NCBI GenBank assembly: GCA_030141605.1
Contig: JAQGDQ010002370.1
Location: 523,167-587,166, forward strand
Direction of reading: 5' to 3'
DNA from: Tubiluchus corallicola
Taxonomy: Eukaryota > Animalia > Priapulida
DNA length: 64,000 nucleotides
The translations under genes and the position numbers were made by a program. The stretch's first letter is position 1, and every line of letters begins with the position of its first letter. Of this stretch, positions 24,662 to 61,700 are shown one piece after another. Under the pieces are notes generated by a model. That model saw nothing but the letters and a program-made list of their open reading frames with translations. It was not told the DNA's origin and did not search any database.

Positions 24662-27600
24662 AATTTAGTATATAGTAGTACGAGGGAAAAATTTTTCGTC
24701 TGCGAGCAAAACAGTTACTGACTAATACGAGCTATCACACCTTCATCTTTTCATGCGAGTGTAATAGGCGAAGCATGTGCAATTGTATCATGCTGACCTT
24801 CTGTCCTTGTCGCTCAGCAAATTCTACCGCCTCATTGTTTACAAAAAATGTAATTAACTGGTCCTTGCCATTAATTCTACAGCCACTTTGATTTGCTTCG
24901 GCAGTCAACTATTTGCTGTAAGATTTCTTGTCTGCAGTTGCTGTGTCATACATCTCTTTAATTTTATGAAGCCTTGTTGCATTTAAAACGTTGATGATCA
25001 AGAAATTTTGTGCTGTTCGGTATAAACAATTAAACAGCGTATGCCGACATGAGTGAATCAAACTGCCATAATTTGGCGGCTGGATTTTGCTATTTTTCGT
25101 TCTGCGCTGTCTTGAAAATTATAGTAAACATTGCCAGTAATTTTGTGTCTACTTCCATCTCTCAATACACGGTCAGAATCAGATTTAGCCACGAAAATGT
25201 TTAACTTGACGTCAGTCTGTGTGATCGTGCAGGATTTACTACTGAGTTTAGTTAGTTGCATCTGTCGCATATTAATTATAGACGCGAGTTATCTATTGCG
25301 TTTCAATTACAGCATGTGTACTGAAATTTCAACGTCAGTTTTCATTTAAAATGAGATGCGGGTGCCATGTTGTTATTCTTAAAATGATCCTTATGTTATA
25401 GGTTTTTATTAAGTATGTGTTATGACATCTCGGGTAGGATCTTCATGGCTTCATCTTTTGAATGAGTCTTGATATCAGCATTCTCGGAACGTATTGAATT
25501 AAAATTGTAGTCATCTAGCCGTTTGTAGAGATTTCATTTGGAAAATTTAATGAGAAATTCGTAAGAATTTCACAATGACGCACAGGGAACTACGCATTAT
25601 AGTAGAAAAAACAAGAAGGAAAACAACAAAAATTGTAAAAAGAGCACGTACAATATCATAAGTTACAGTAATACCAAATTAAGACACGTGAAATACAGAG
25701 AGGTGGATATAATTTCTCGCAAATAGACGACTTATGTAAACTAAACTCTAGAAAAAGTGTTTTATGGTGTTACATGCAACAGGAAACTATCGAGTAATAC
25801 CTATTCTATCTCATTCCTGAAAAGATTGTGAGTTTCCAAATGTTTTAATCTCATTTAGCTTTCTTGTCTTGGGACTTTTAAGAATGCTCAACAATTAGTA
25901 GTTTAATTATGAAAGATTTGCATATTTCTTAAGATTTTAACTTACAGAGTTATCATTTCTGAATACCTATGACACTTGTTTATTTACTTTTCAAATCACT
26001 AAAGGTGCTGGATGGATTCAGACGGATACGTTTATGACTACATATTTATGGTACCAATTCTTGTAGTACTACTGGTAAGAAAACTACCCTCGTGCAAAAT
26101 TATTTAACTTAATACATACCCATGTACCCAGATTTATGTTTTGCAGTTTTTATAACCACATGTAAGCCATATTTACTATGAATGCGTTGTAAACATTTAC
26201 CATGACATTATTGCTGTTCTCACTTAAACAGCGAAATCACGTTTATCTTTTCATAGCCAATTAACTAACGCGTTCAACTTTCCGCTGTAACATTTTTAAT
26301 ACAAATTTAGCGAAATTTCCGAGCGATAATCGCACGTCGCTTCCTTCAGTTTACAACTTCTCATTGTCATTAATTACTTGGTCTTAACGCCAGGTTCGTG
26401 ACTATAAACATATTTGACGAGTTGATAGTATAGGGTGTTTCATAAGTCTCTCGTTAATTTGATTTTGTATTTTCATTGTAACTAATTGACCAACGACGTT
26501 CATATTACGGCAAACTCTTACTCAGCAGTTGGGAATTTTTTGAGTCTACATAATGTAGCATTTTGCTACATAATAGTACATTGTTATGTAATGAACTTTT
26601 AGTTGCATAATGAACATTAACAGCGTAATATATAATTGTTGCTTAAAATCACTGCAGCGCACTTATGAAGCCTAGTTTGATCCCACTAAAATAGTCATCC
26701 ATCATACACTCAACCACCGAGTTGCGTCATTTTGAGTTTGTCCTTACTGTAATTTGTCAGTTTTTAATAAATCCTTAAAAATAATGGAGAGTTTTAAAGC
26801 AACGAGTATGACCAATTGCGCGCGTATTATCAAATTCAAAGCACCTTAAAGTTTTTATTCATTTTTTCTTTTTTCAGATAAATTGTGTTTTCCTTTGCTC
26901 GATAATGTATGTTTTATTGTCACGATCAAGAACAAAAATCCGAGAATTGGACGACAAACAATACAGGTATACGTATGCATGGAAAACTAAAAAACCCAAC
27001 TGTACAGGTTGGCTAATTATATTCAAAAACGGAATTTTTTACTCAAAATCAGAAATATGTATCTCCTTTGCAATCATAATTTCACACTACTACCAGTTAC
27101 CTATATTTCTCATATAATGACGACGACGACGATGATGATGACGACGACGACGACGATGATGATGATGATGATGGTAATTCATTAACTTTGGCATTAGTTT
27201 ACACTAAAATTTAACAACGACGTTATGATTCAAACTCGTTTCAGTGCTTAATTTTTTTGTTAGAAAGGGGGCACGAAAGCTGCTGCTCTTACTACCTTTG
27301 CTTGGTTTAACGCACGTTCTTGTTCTCGTGGAGCCAGAAAACGGTGGAATGTGGAGACTCGTAATTAGTATCATCAATGCTTTGCTTGTTTCTACACAGG
27401 TACACAATATTGAAAAGCTTTATTTTTTGCTGTGTTATTAGACAAATTTGTAGAGTCCGCGTTTGGAGATCTGATTTTTACTGAAAATAGACTAAAATTA
27501 ACAAAAAGCTCTAAAAACTATTTTCAGATGATTCGAAAGATTAGTGCGCGCAAAGGATTGTAGCATTTCACACGTTCAAAGGTATACTGTGTGAAAACAA

Positions 27601-29412
27601 TGTGTTCTCATATTTTCCCTTTTAATGCTAAATGGAAAACACCTTACTGTTTACATTTAAGATTTTTGATTTAACAAAGATCTTGATTAACACTTTTGTG
27701 TAATTAAAGTGATTAATAGTTTACACTTTCTTATTGATTGCAGGGATTTTGGATAACACTTTTCTTCTGTTTTACTAATCATGAGGTAAGTCGTAATCTG
27801 ATACCGTCCAATTTGAAAATTTCGTTAGAAATTTAAAACACCTCAGAAGGTCGCAGGCTGCGGGTCACCATAGCAATAGTCTGCGCACTCCACAGAATCT
27901 AGAACATGCAACAGACTAACGTGTTTACAATTTTTAGACTAAATTTTCATGTAAAAGGCGTCGCACATTTACCGCTCATTACCTTCTGTTGGGATATCAT
28001 AGTATGCGAATATGAGACTTGAGACAATGCTTCACGATTCGCAAGAATACATAACAAGTCCTGTACGTGACCTACAAACGGCAAGCCACGAAATAAGATT
28101 TAATATTTAATCAATGTTTTCATTACTTACGTTTTTTATTATTTTTGTCACAGCTCTGAAACGAGGCATTAAGCAAGTTTCAACAGCGTGAAAACACAGC
28201 CAATACTGTTATGCATCTCGAGCTTTTACAAGTGCATACCTTTCATTAATTTGTGTAATGTATGTGCTGAGCTAGCGTACTGGGCTGTGTAATGGCTGGC
28301 AACTTTGATACTAAGCCCCTCTATACACACTCACATTCGCACGCACGGATACGCATATCGCTGTGCACGTGGAATTTAAAATTGCGTACCATGGTCATGG
28401 AATTTGAGGTATTGCCAAAATTTGTACATTATTACCCCATAAAAAGAAAAATAGATGTTGGAAGTATATTGAGTTTAGCCAATAAACAACAAGCGGTTTG
28501 CTCAAAGTACAATTTTATATGTTACATGATAACTTACGGGCCGGTTCTAGTAAATTCATCGATGCTATCGCACGAGCCAGAATGATTTTGATGAACTTCT
28601 TCGAAATTATTGAACCGTAAATTAAGCAGCTTGACACCGCATGGAGAAAAAGCATTTCCCCAGAGGAACGGCCTTCGCATATGTTAGTGAAATATTATTC
28701 TTAGTCGTATCTCGTTCCAAATTCTCAAGTAGGCGCTAGAACGTAATTTCTGTAATTGCAAAATTTTGACTCTTTCAGCAGCTGTAGCCTACCACATTTA
28801 TAAGAAAATTGTGTTCACAAATAAAGTTACTCAAAATAACTAATTGAGTTGAACTACCTGTTTATTATGGTTTGTGTGTGGGTGTGTCGGTGCATATACT
28901 CGATCGATAAGCCAAAAATTAGTGTCAGACCTAGTTGTTCACAAGCTGCATCATTAAGTCATTTCATTCTTTGATTTAGTAAAGTTTGAACAACACATGT
29001 AAACGGCACTAAATCAATGGTACCACCTGCCTCTATAAAGTTTAACGCTATAAAGTTTCAACTTTTTCAGAAATTATAAGTTTTTTAGTGTAAAAATACA
29101 TTTTAGGATGTTAAATACAAAACATAACCAAAAGTAATACGGAATATAAACTTCTTACTGCAGGTGAAAAGCTTACTGAAGCCATACTTTCTTCAACGCA
29201 CGGGGTCTCTTTTGTCAACAAGGACTAGCAGCAGTTACTTAGCTTCTCTTCGTTCTAGCATAACAAGGCGACGCGGAACTTCAGCTGCAAGAGCCTCTGA
29301 TTCGCCAAACGTATGCGCTGCAGTGCATACGGCTGGACAACAACCCGACTACATACCAATGACATTTGTAAATTGCAACCAGGGTGCTCAAAGACCTGGT
29401 GCAACAGAGTAG
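9926..29412 (+). CDS. Class B1 (secretin-family) GPCR, CRF / diuretic hormone 44 receptor-like (~444 aa, 12 coding exons)
   Basis: Exons: 9926-9992 (less certain), 15091-15225, 17776-17885, 21779-21882, 23171-23288, 23945-24098, 24320-24380, 26005-26074, 26878-26966, 27264-27399, 27744-27785, 29164-29412. All phases are compatible (1335 nt). Motifs: CPAHFDGILCWPPT..CP, C..GGTW..WSDY..C, YYVGYTLS, KLSCMRNKIHVNLF, TNFFWMLVEGLYL, IGWGIP, QYRKGARKLLLLLPLLG, STQGFWITLFFCFTNHEV, including the typical 42-nt TM7 exon. Confidence 0.92.
11149..11291. repeat. Dispersed direct copy of an SLC28 intron/acceptor segment (36070-36145) plus (CT)n
   Basis: 11149-11224 matches 36070-36145 at 75 of 76 positions, and both are followed by a (CT)n tract. 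Confidence 0.9.
12411..14255 (+). mobile_element. Decayed Academ (AcademX)-like DNA transposon, internally deleted
   Basis: Long imperfect TIRs at ~12440-12560 and ~14113-14250 (gaaactttgcacactgctagaacccatcaaggtg versus caccttgatgggttctaacactgcgcaaagtttc). Frameshifted remnants at 12940-13470 (K..VWPTW..LERFVTLLYD, LFTRKAMSMEAFSPTSA, WEP, GKCKCVQARLVCTA) resemble the XPG-like plus Cys-rich C-terminus described for AcademX proteins. Family assignment is from memory. Confidence 0.6.
13630..13843. repeat. Compound (AAT/GAT)n-(AAC)n microsatellite
   Basis: Directly visible; it explains the poly-N/I/L/Y ORFs in the track. Confidence 0.97.
24588..24659. repeat. (AT)n microsatellite
   Basis: Directly visible. 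Confidence 0.97.
24860..25275 (-). mobile_element. Possible Crypton-like (tyrosine-recombinase transposon) remnant
   Basis: Broken minus-strand peptides (LTKLSSKSCTITQTDVKLNIF; KLLAMF; LDHQRFKCNKA) loosely resemble the N-terminal part of Crypton proteins. Heavily decayed, weak support. Confidence 0.25.
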
Positions 29413-32329
29413 CTTGGAGCTAGATATAGGTTATACGAGGGTTAGATTAATTTTGCAGCTCGATCAGCTTGTAAATCTTTGGTAGACGTAAACATTCTAA
29501 ACTAGCTAGCTACTACATCAACAAGACTGATTGAATTCAGATCCAAATCTGCGAGCGTAACATAATGTAACGCCCTGATTATGTTTACACCTGACTATAC
29601 CTGGTACAGCGTGTTTCACTTATGTCAATACTTGTAGATTATTATGCTCACATGTGACTAACCAATGCGAAAAGTGCGGGAGGTTTGTCATTTCGTGACT
29701 CTGCGTACTATAGTTCTCACTAATTTTCATATTTTGGTTCCTGTCTCGACCCTTTAAATAATTTAAGGTTTTTTAAAGAAAAGCTAGGCCTCCCAACTTT
29801 TTAAAACTCCAAGTATACATCTACCTCACAATACCTAAATATTTATGAAAAAAAATAATTTTAAGAAAGCCATGGGAAGAGTTGAAGGGCAATCCAAATA
29901 TTGACTTATGTACAGTGTCCTTGGCTTTTTGACAGATCTTTTAAAGTGACTCTAGACCTCTGTCCTTCCGAGTTGTCAATAATTAAAAAAATAAAAACTT
30001 GGACGGCCTGGCGTCATGAAATGACAACAATCAGCGTATGGGTATGGGTTCTCTTAGATCTGGGATGCTAGCGCTCGCAGATAAAAGTCATATTGCACAA
30101 GAACTTTCTCAACAGTCGCTCCTTGGTTTTTCTGAGGTTAAATTAAACTGCTCAAATTAAAAAGGACGGCTTACAACGGATGTACAAATCCGTCACAGTT
30201 ACCATCACGTCAATGAAAATTATTGAATTTTTATTTACTTAAATATCTAAGTAATGATTGCGTTTATGCAAATTTACGTGAATTACAGCACTTAGTGGAA
30301 GTAATATCCTTACGTATGTTGTGCTATTGTCGTAAAAAGTCTGTCTTTGGTTGTTTGATTTATATCTTAGTAGTGCATAAGCCAAGCGACAGTGTCAGCT
30401 TTTAAAATTAATTTGCTAATAAGGCAAGATTGAGATTAAAATTGGCTGACATCGCACATTGACTAATGTCAGACAATGATTTCAAGCTTCACTAAAAATA
30501 ACAAAGTAGTATAGATGTTACAGGCAAGGCAATGTGCAAAATTTAGGAATTTTATAAAATTCCCAGGCATTTCATATAACAGGTAAGCAAGTGTTTTCTC
30601 TACAGCACTTTCACACTTTATCACTTTACGCGGCTTGACCTGGTCGACCATATTCCTTCTCTAGGCAGCCTGCTGTCCAACGAATGTATTTCCGAATCAG
30701 GTGTGGATGTGGAGTATCGAACCAGAGCAGCTCATACGGACCCTGAGAAACTTGCGTAACGGGTCTTTCAGTGCAAAAATCTAAACCCAAAAATGAAACC
30801 CTGCCTATCAAGCTATCATCATCTCAAAATATTGTGACACAGAAAAAGCTTTGCAAAATCTTTGCTCCTTCTTGAAAATTAAATGTTACTAGTACATCAC
30901 TAATATCGCCGTCTTTGAAAGAACAAACAGCATCTACTCCACCATCATAAAAACAGTATTAGCGACATTCACTGTCTTCGTTAGAAGAGTCATCATCATT
31001 GTCAAAACATTCGAAAACGAAACCAAGCAGTATTCCACCTATCATTCGATCATCCACTACGAAACTCAGCATTTCAAAACCAACTACAAAATGCCTATAT
31101 AGGAAAAGTGTATCGAAAATCTTTGAATTACACATTTTGCGTAACAAACTTTTACATTATATACAACGCCTAAAAAGTGTTGAAAAAATATTTCAGATTA
31201 TTTACCTTGTTTATTTTGACACTTCATAAAATGCCTAGATATTCTATAGAATACCCGATATATATAATAACTAACAATATATATATATTATTAGTTAGTA
31301 ATAAAATGATATATGTATATTTATATATGTATGTATATGTTATATATATATGTATTATGTTATATATACATATATATATGAGCATAATCTGTCTTCATAT
31401 AAGCGATTCGTATATTAAACCAAGATAACATACATTTATTTTTCACGCAATATTTCAAATATAAAATAAAATAAAAGTAATATTATTATAGCAAAATACT
31501 AATTTTGTACACTTTGCATATTTTGTGGTTTTTGAGTAAAAAGCTCAGTATCATGCCGTTAGGATATAAACACTGGTTAAGTTTAACGGATATTTTGTAT
31601 AGAGAACTAACATAATTTTTGTAGTAAACTCTGTAAGGAACCCACAGTTAAGTAACATACATGTGTGTACTAATGACTTCAGTGTCATTCCGAAGTGTTT
31701 CTCCGCCTCTCTACATTCTTGCCGTGAAGCTGTTGCACTATATGGTTGCATTTATCTTTTGACCCTCTCCAAGAATCATTATGGGACCAAAAACTTAGTG
31801 GTCAGCCCTGTCACGCCTCGTCGTCATTGCCGCGACCGTTATCACTGTAGACACAATAAAAATCAGACTGCAGGTTTGGATCCAATTGTGCTGATAGATT
31901 TTGTTGAATGTTCTTCAGAAATTGGTCCAAGCTATCTATGATAGTTTGCTACTGTATTTTACGCAATGCTCATATAAACTTAGAAAAACTAGATTACCGA
32001 AACCCCTGCTATGCTATTAATGATGAAATCTATTTTGAGAAAATTAATCAACAGCATTGGATACTGAGTGGATAAGGCAACCTATCAGTGTGCATGAATT
32101 AGAAAACTTAGAAATATTTTCTCGAAGAAATGTTTTCACGATCAAATTTCTCGTCACTTTTAAAGTAAAATAGTATACTAACTACTAACATAACTACGTA
32201 GCTACATAACTATAGGGTAAAAATATAATGCCCAATTTTCGCTGTAGCAAATAGAACTCTAAATCTGAGAGTTATATCTTTGAATAATTTTGTGGTTAAA
32301 CTACATGCGCTTACTGTGTATTAATTTTA

Positions 32330-32510
<181 letters not shown>

Positions 32511-33014
32511 CAGGCCAAAAATTATTAACGCCGAAAATTACTATGAAATGATAAATGCATAGTTTCATATTCAAAGATTGTCTTATTCTTCTCGCAAGAC
32601 GCAAACAAATTTAAGGAATTGTTACAGAGATTTTTGGTGTAACGCACGTTACATCTGATTTGCGTTAATAAAATAGCCACAGTTTTGTTTAAAGTCTGCT
32701 GTGATGTTTTCACTATTCGAAGTTTCTTTCATCTTATACTACCTATAAGAATTTATTACTATTATGGCTGTAACACTACAATATTAGTATACTGTAGTAT
32801 TTAGTATATATTAACATATACATATTAATGCCACAGTCCACGGCACATTTTCACTTGGACAGATAACAAATTGCTTATATTTGGACCAATTTTCGAAAAA
32901 ATACCTGTGCTGCTCTACGATAAATAAACTCAACGCAAGTGCTCCATATGCATATGGGCTTAAAAGTACAGTCCATAAGAAATTTGTAGCATGGAGTCTG
33001 ATGTGAAGCATACA

Positions 33015-42723
<9,709 letters not shown>

Positions 42724-43549
42724 TTTCAAAATTATTCTATTTTATTTCATTATCATTTACTGTGTAACGATTACTTTTTTTATTACGCAGAAACACTCAC
42801 ACCTTGTTGAACATATAATGTCTCAAAACGACAACACGATCGATTTAAGAACAGGAAGTGTTTTACAGGAAATCGTGACATTTAATTTAACTACATACTT
42901 TTGGTTACTCGTAGCAATATTATAGGTAACAGAGTCGAAAAAGTTACAGGGACTGTAACCTAATTAAGATTCTGCATGCATTTTATATTAATATCTGGGT
43001 ATTCCCAAAACGCTTTTGAAAATAATGGGTCATTCAGGTAATTCATGTCGCGGACTAACAGCTAATGGATGAACTATAGATTCTGAGGATTCAGACGCAG
43101 GTGTTACTCAACGTAAAGCCTGTGCAACGCAGTAACTAATAAATTAACCAACTGACTTACTCACTAACAGAATACCGAACTAACCGACTGTGACTGTCTA
43201 TAACTAACCATTCCACCTGTCAATCAAGCTCATCACTAGTGGACATGTAGGTGGATAATTATTGGCAAACTGCATCATAAAGCCAACACTCAAAACGATA
43301 TTAATGCTTTGGCACATCCAGAATTTATTATGCTTATAAGGAAATTTATTATCATACACTACTAAGCGCGTTAAAGTTATTTGCGAGCCGTTGCATTTTT
43401 TCTTCTTAGATGTTCGTATGATCCTTTTTAGATAAGCTTAATGCAGCCTCACAAAACATCTTCAAAATACTGTCCTGCTTATCTCGTTTGTGAGAGGCAA
43501 GATCATGACTTGATTATGATAACACAGAGCGAGGAAGAGAAACAGATTA

Positions 43550-43717
43550 AGTGTATGTGTGTGTGTGTGTGGGGTTGGGTGGGGTGGGGGGTGGTGGTGT
43601 ATGCGTGCGTGCGTGTGTGTGTGGTATGTGCATGTGCGTGTGTGCGCGTGTGTGTGTGGCTGCGTGTGTGTGAGCATGTGTGCGTGTGTGCGCGCGCGTG
43701 CGTGTGTGTGTGAGAGA
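43550..43717. repeat. Imperfect (GT/GC)n repeat
   Basis: Directly visible alternating purine-pyrimidine tract between the two SLC28 genes. Confidence 0.9.
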
Positions 43718-44136
43718 GATTATTAATTTATTTATAGTTTTAACTACTAACTTTCATTTATATTTTGTCATTTACTATGTGCAATTAACTGTATGGCCGA
43801 TTTTATGTCTGAGATAGATAAAATTAAAAAGCTGAAGAAAGAAAGATTGGCAAAAACAGAAATTACCCATAGTTCATTTTGTTTAATGCCTTGAAGTTCG
43901 TTGCACTTATAGTCAATTTTTTTCCTGACGCATAGAAGAGAGTACGTTTTTACCATAAACTAGCACTGATTGTCTACCTTTAATATATATTTATATTATT
44001 TTATTTTATCATTATTAATAATATTATTATTATTACTACTATATTAAGAAAAGAAACAATTAAATAAACAAACAAAAAAATAAATAGTATAAATAAATAA
44101 ATAAAGAATTAAAGTGTATAAAATTGGCTAATTGAA

Positions 44137-58796
<14,660 letters not shown>

Positions 58797-58990
58797 TGAT
58801 GCAATTTAAATTTCAATCTTCAGTCTTCAATGGTAACTTGAATTTGGCTACTTCACAAAAACTACGCAATCTGAAATTTGCCATTAAGAAAGTGATGAAG
58901 TTTCTTTGTGCAGAATAAGTAGGTGGTTAGACAATTTTTTATTTCTTCGTTACGTCTGTTATACTCAGATTATGTCATGTGCAGGCATAA

Positions 58991-59153
58991 CGTTTTGCTG
59001 AATTAGTTAGCGTTTTACATTGTTGTTTTTGTAATTAAGCCATGCTCGCAAGAGTTATCATAATACAATGGCATAATGATATTAATATTAACCGTTACAA
59101 TCATGGCATAATAAAAAGACGACACTATAAAACGCCAACTAATTCAGCAAAAC
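58991..59153. repeat. Imperfect palindrome / old foldback MITE
   Basis: cgttttgctgaattagttagcgtttta is inverted at taaaacgccaactaattcagcaaaacg (26/27), with further weaker internal pairing. Confidence 0.75.
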
Positions 59154-59789
59154 GCGTACACAGAACATAATAACAATGTAGAATATATTAAGGATTTTTA
59201 CGATAATCTCTAAGATCAGAAACGTCTCAGCTATGTTGGAAAATGCACGTATCATCGCTAACATAGAAAAATAGCAGAGTTTTCCTGTAGATCACCCATC
59301 TAAGCACACACCGTAACACTCAGCTATTCCGTTTTAGATATTATCTTGTAGCCTAATGATTACTGTTAAACTTAATTAAAAAATATACACAAACCGAATG
59401 CCTTCTTACCTTGCTGTCAATAAAATTAAAATTCACTTTTTTCAGTTTGCAAAAATTTGAAGCCTACAGATTTCTAAACCTCATGTTGATTTGTCATTAG
59501 AAAAAGCACGTAAACAAACTATGAAGTCTATTATTTTTTTACTATACAGATCGGCTTTTCTTAAACAATAACCAAAACAATTCCAAATTTTCACTTTCTC
59601 TTTTGCATTCTAAAGCGGCTTCTTAAAAATTCTTATTTGAATTGCAAGATTGTCTCCTAGTTATACAGAACGTTCCACTGAATTCTGTTGGTACCATTAA
59701 TTTAGGACTAAGGACCAAAACAACGAACACTTTTTCTACAAAATTCGGAACAAGCGCTATATTTGTTTTCCATGTCCATAGCTATGTCG

Positions 59790-60760
59790 CGGTGCGCGGT
59801 AAAAATGGAACAGGTAAAAATGGCACAAGGAAAAATGGCACGGTAAACATGAAACTAGAAAAATGACACACGAAAGAATAGCACAGGAAAAATGGCACAG
59901 GTAAAAATGACACAGGAAAAATGGCACATAATGTTATTTTAACGCAATTGATTTTTATAAAACGAATTATAATAAAACTAGGTCTGGTTCTTTTGATTCA
60001 AAAAATTTAACACAAAGATAAACGAGCAAACATACAAAAGTGTGTATTCATTGGTATTATATAGACTAGCAAAAGACTCACAAAATATTTGTTCATTAAG
60101 GCACCAATGTTCTACATAGGGTTTATCTACTTTGTCACCGTTAATTTTGGCGGTAGTAATAGTCTGACAAATATATATGTTCCAAGTCATCTTATGGGGC
60201 TATATACAATAATAAGTAAAAATTATAGACAGCGTTACTCAGTTGTACAAACGAGATTTTCTCGAAATAGAACCTGGAACTAACGCGAATTGTGTGTCCT
60301 TGTAGAAGTAATAAAAAGAAGTACTAAGCACTCCCTCTGACCACCTCAACGAAATGCTCTACGAAATTTTTTTTGTACATGGTGTTCGGTCAAGTTTTCC
60401 GAAAAAAGAACCGGTGAAAAGATTCCTATGTTGGCATTCTATAGTCTATAAGCACTTTTCTTAGGAAATCTGTTTTTGCATAACAGGCTTACTGCCATAA
60501 CAGACAAAAAACAACCAAGCAAACTGTGCTGAAGCACAACTTTTTTGGCAGAGGTAAAAATAACTCAAATAATTATACCCCACTGTAACCCTAATCCTAA
60601 GCACATATGTTACGAAGTGTGTCATTTTTTCCTGTGCCATTAATTTTTACGTATGCCATTCTTACCTACTTTTCCATTTGCGCTATTTTTGCTGTGCCAT
60701 TTTTACCTGCTTTTCCACTTGTGCCACTTTTTTCCTGTATCATTTTTTCCTATGCCTTTT
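59790..60760. mobile_element. Element with inverted arrays of a ~15-bp unit (aaaaatggcacagg / cctgtgccattttt), MULE/foldback-like
   Basis: Unit array at 59800-59930 and degenerate reverse-complement array at 60620-60760, repeated again at 61227-61365. Confidence 0.55.
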
Positions 60761-61700
60761 TGTGGGTGTGTTGTGATGTGGGTGATGTTTTATGGTTGAT
60801 GTGAAATAGGTGTTGTGATATGGCTGATGTGGTATCTTGGATGCGGTATGGGTGGTGTGTTGTGAAGTGGGTGGCGTTTTGTGGTTGATGTGGTATGAGT
60901 GGCGTGATGTGGGTGGTGGATGAGGTTGGTGCGGTATGAATGGTGATTGTGGCATGGTGTTGGTGGCATAATGTGAATGGCATTGTGTGGGTGGCTTTAT
61001 GTGGGTGATATGGTGTAATGTGGGTGTTGTGCATGCTATAGTGTTGTGTGGGTGACATGGTGTGGGTAGGGTGGTGGAGTGAGTGGTATGGTGTCTTACT
61101 GCCATAACGGACAAAAAACAACCAAGCAAACTGTGCTGAAGCACAACTTTTTTGGCAGAGGTAAAAATAACTCAAATAATTATACCCCACTGTAACCCTA
61201 ATCCTAAGCACATATGTTACGAAGTGTGTCATTTTTTCCTGTGCCATTAATTTTTACGTATGCCATTCTTACCTACTTTTCCATTTGCGCTATTTTTGCT
61301 GTGCCATTTTTACCTGCTTGTCCACTTGTGCCACTTTTTTCCTGTAACATTTTTCCTATGCCTTTTTGTGGGTGTGTTGTGATGTGGGTGATGTTTTATG
61401 GTTGATGTGATATAGGTGTTGTGATATGGCTGATGTGGTATCTTGGATGCGGTATGGGTGGTGTGTTGTGAAGTGGGTGGCGTTTTGTGGTTGATGTGGT
61501 ATGAGTGGCGTGATGTGGGTGGTGGATGAGGTTGGTGCGGTATGAATGGTGATTGTGGCATGGTGTTTGTGGCATAATGTGAATGGCATTGTGTGGGTGG
61601 CTTTATGTGGGTGATATGGTGTAATGTGGGTGTTGTGCATGCTATAGTGTTGTGTGGGTGACATGGTGTGGGTAGGGTAGTGGAGTGAGTGGTATGGTGT
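60488..61700. repeat. Head-to-tail tandem duplication of a 607/606-bp unit containing a GT-rich low-complexity tract
   Basis: 60488-61094 versus 61095-61700 differ only by a handful of substitutions and one 1-bp indel. The duplicated ORFs at 60607 and 61214 are offset by 607. Confidence 0.93.

Noticed and set aside
59800-59930. CRISPR-like array of short repeats (also 52300-52403)
   Set aside because: Units are ~15 bp, adjacent without unique spacers, mirrored in inverted orientation, and in an animal genome: these are transposon subterminal repeats.
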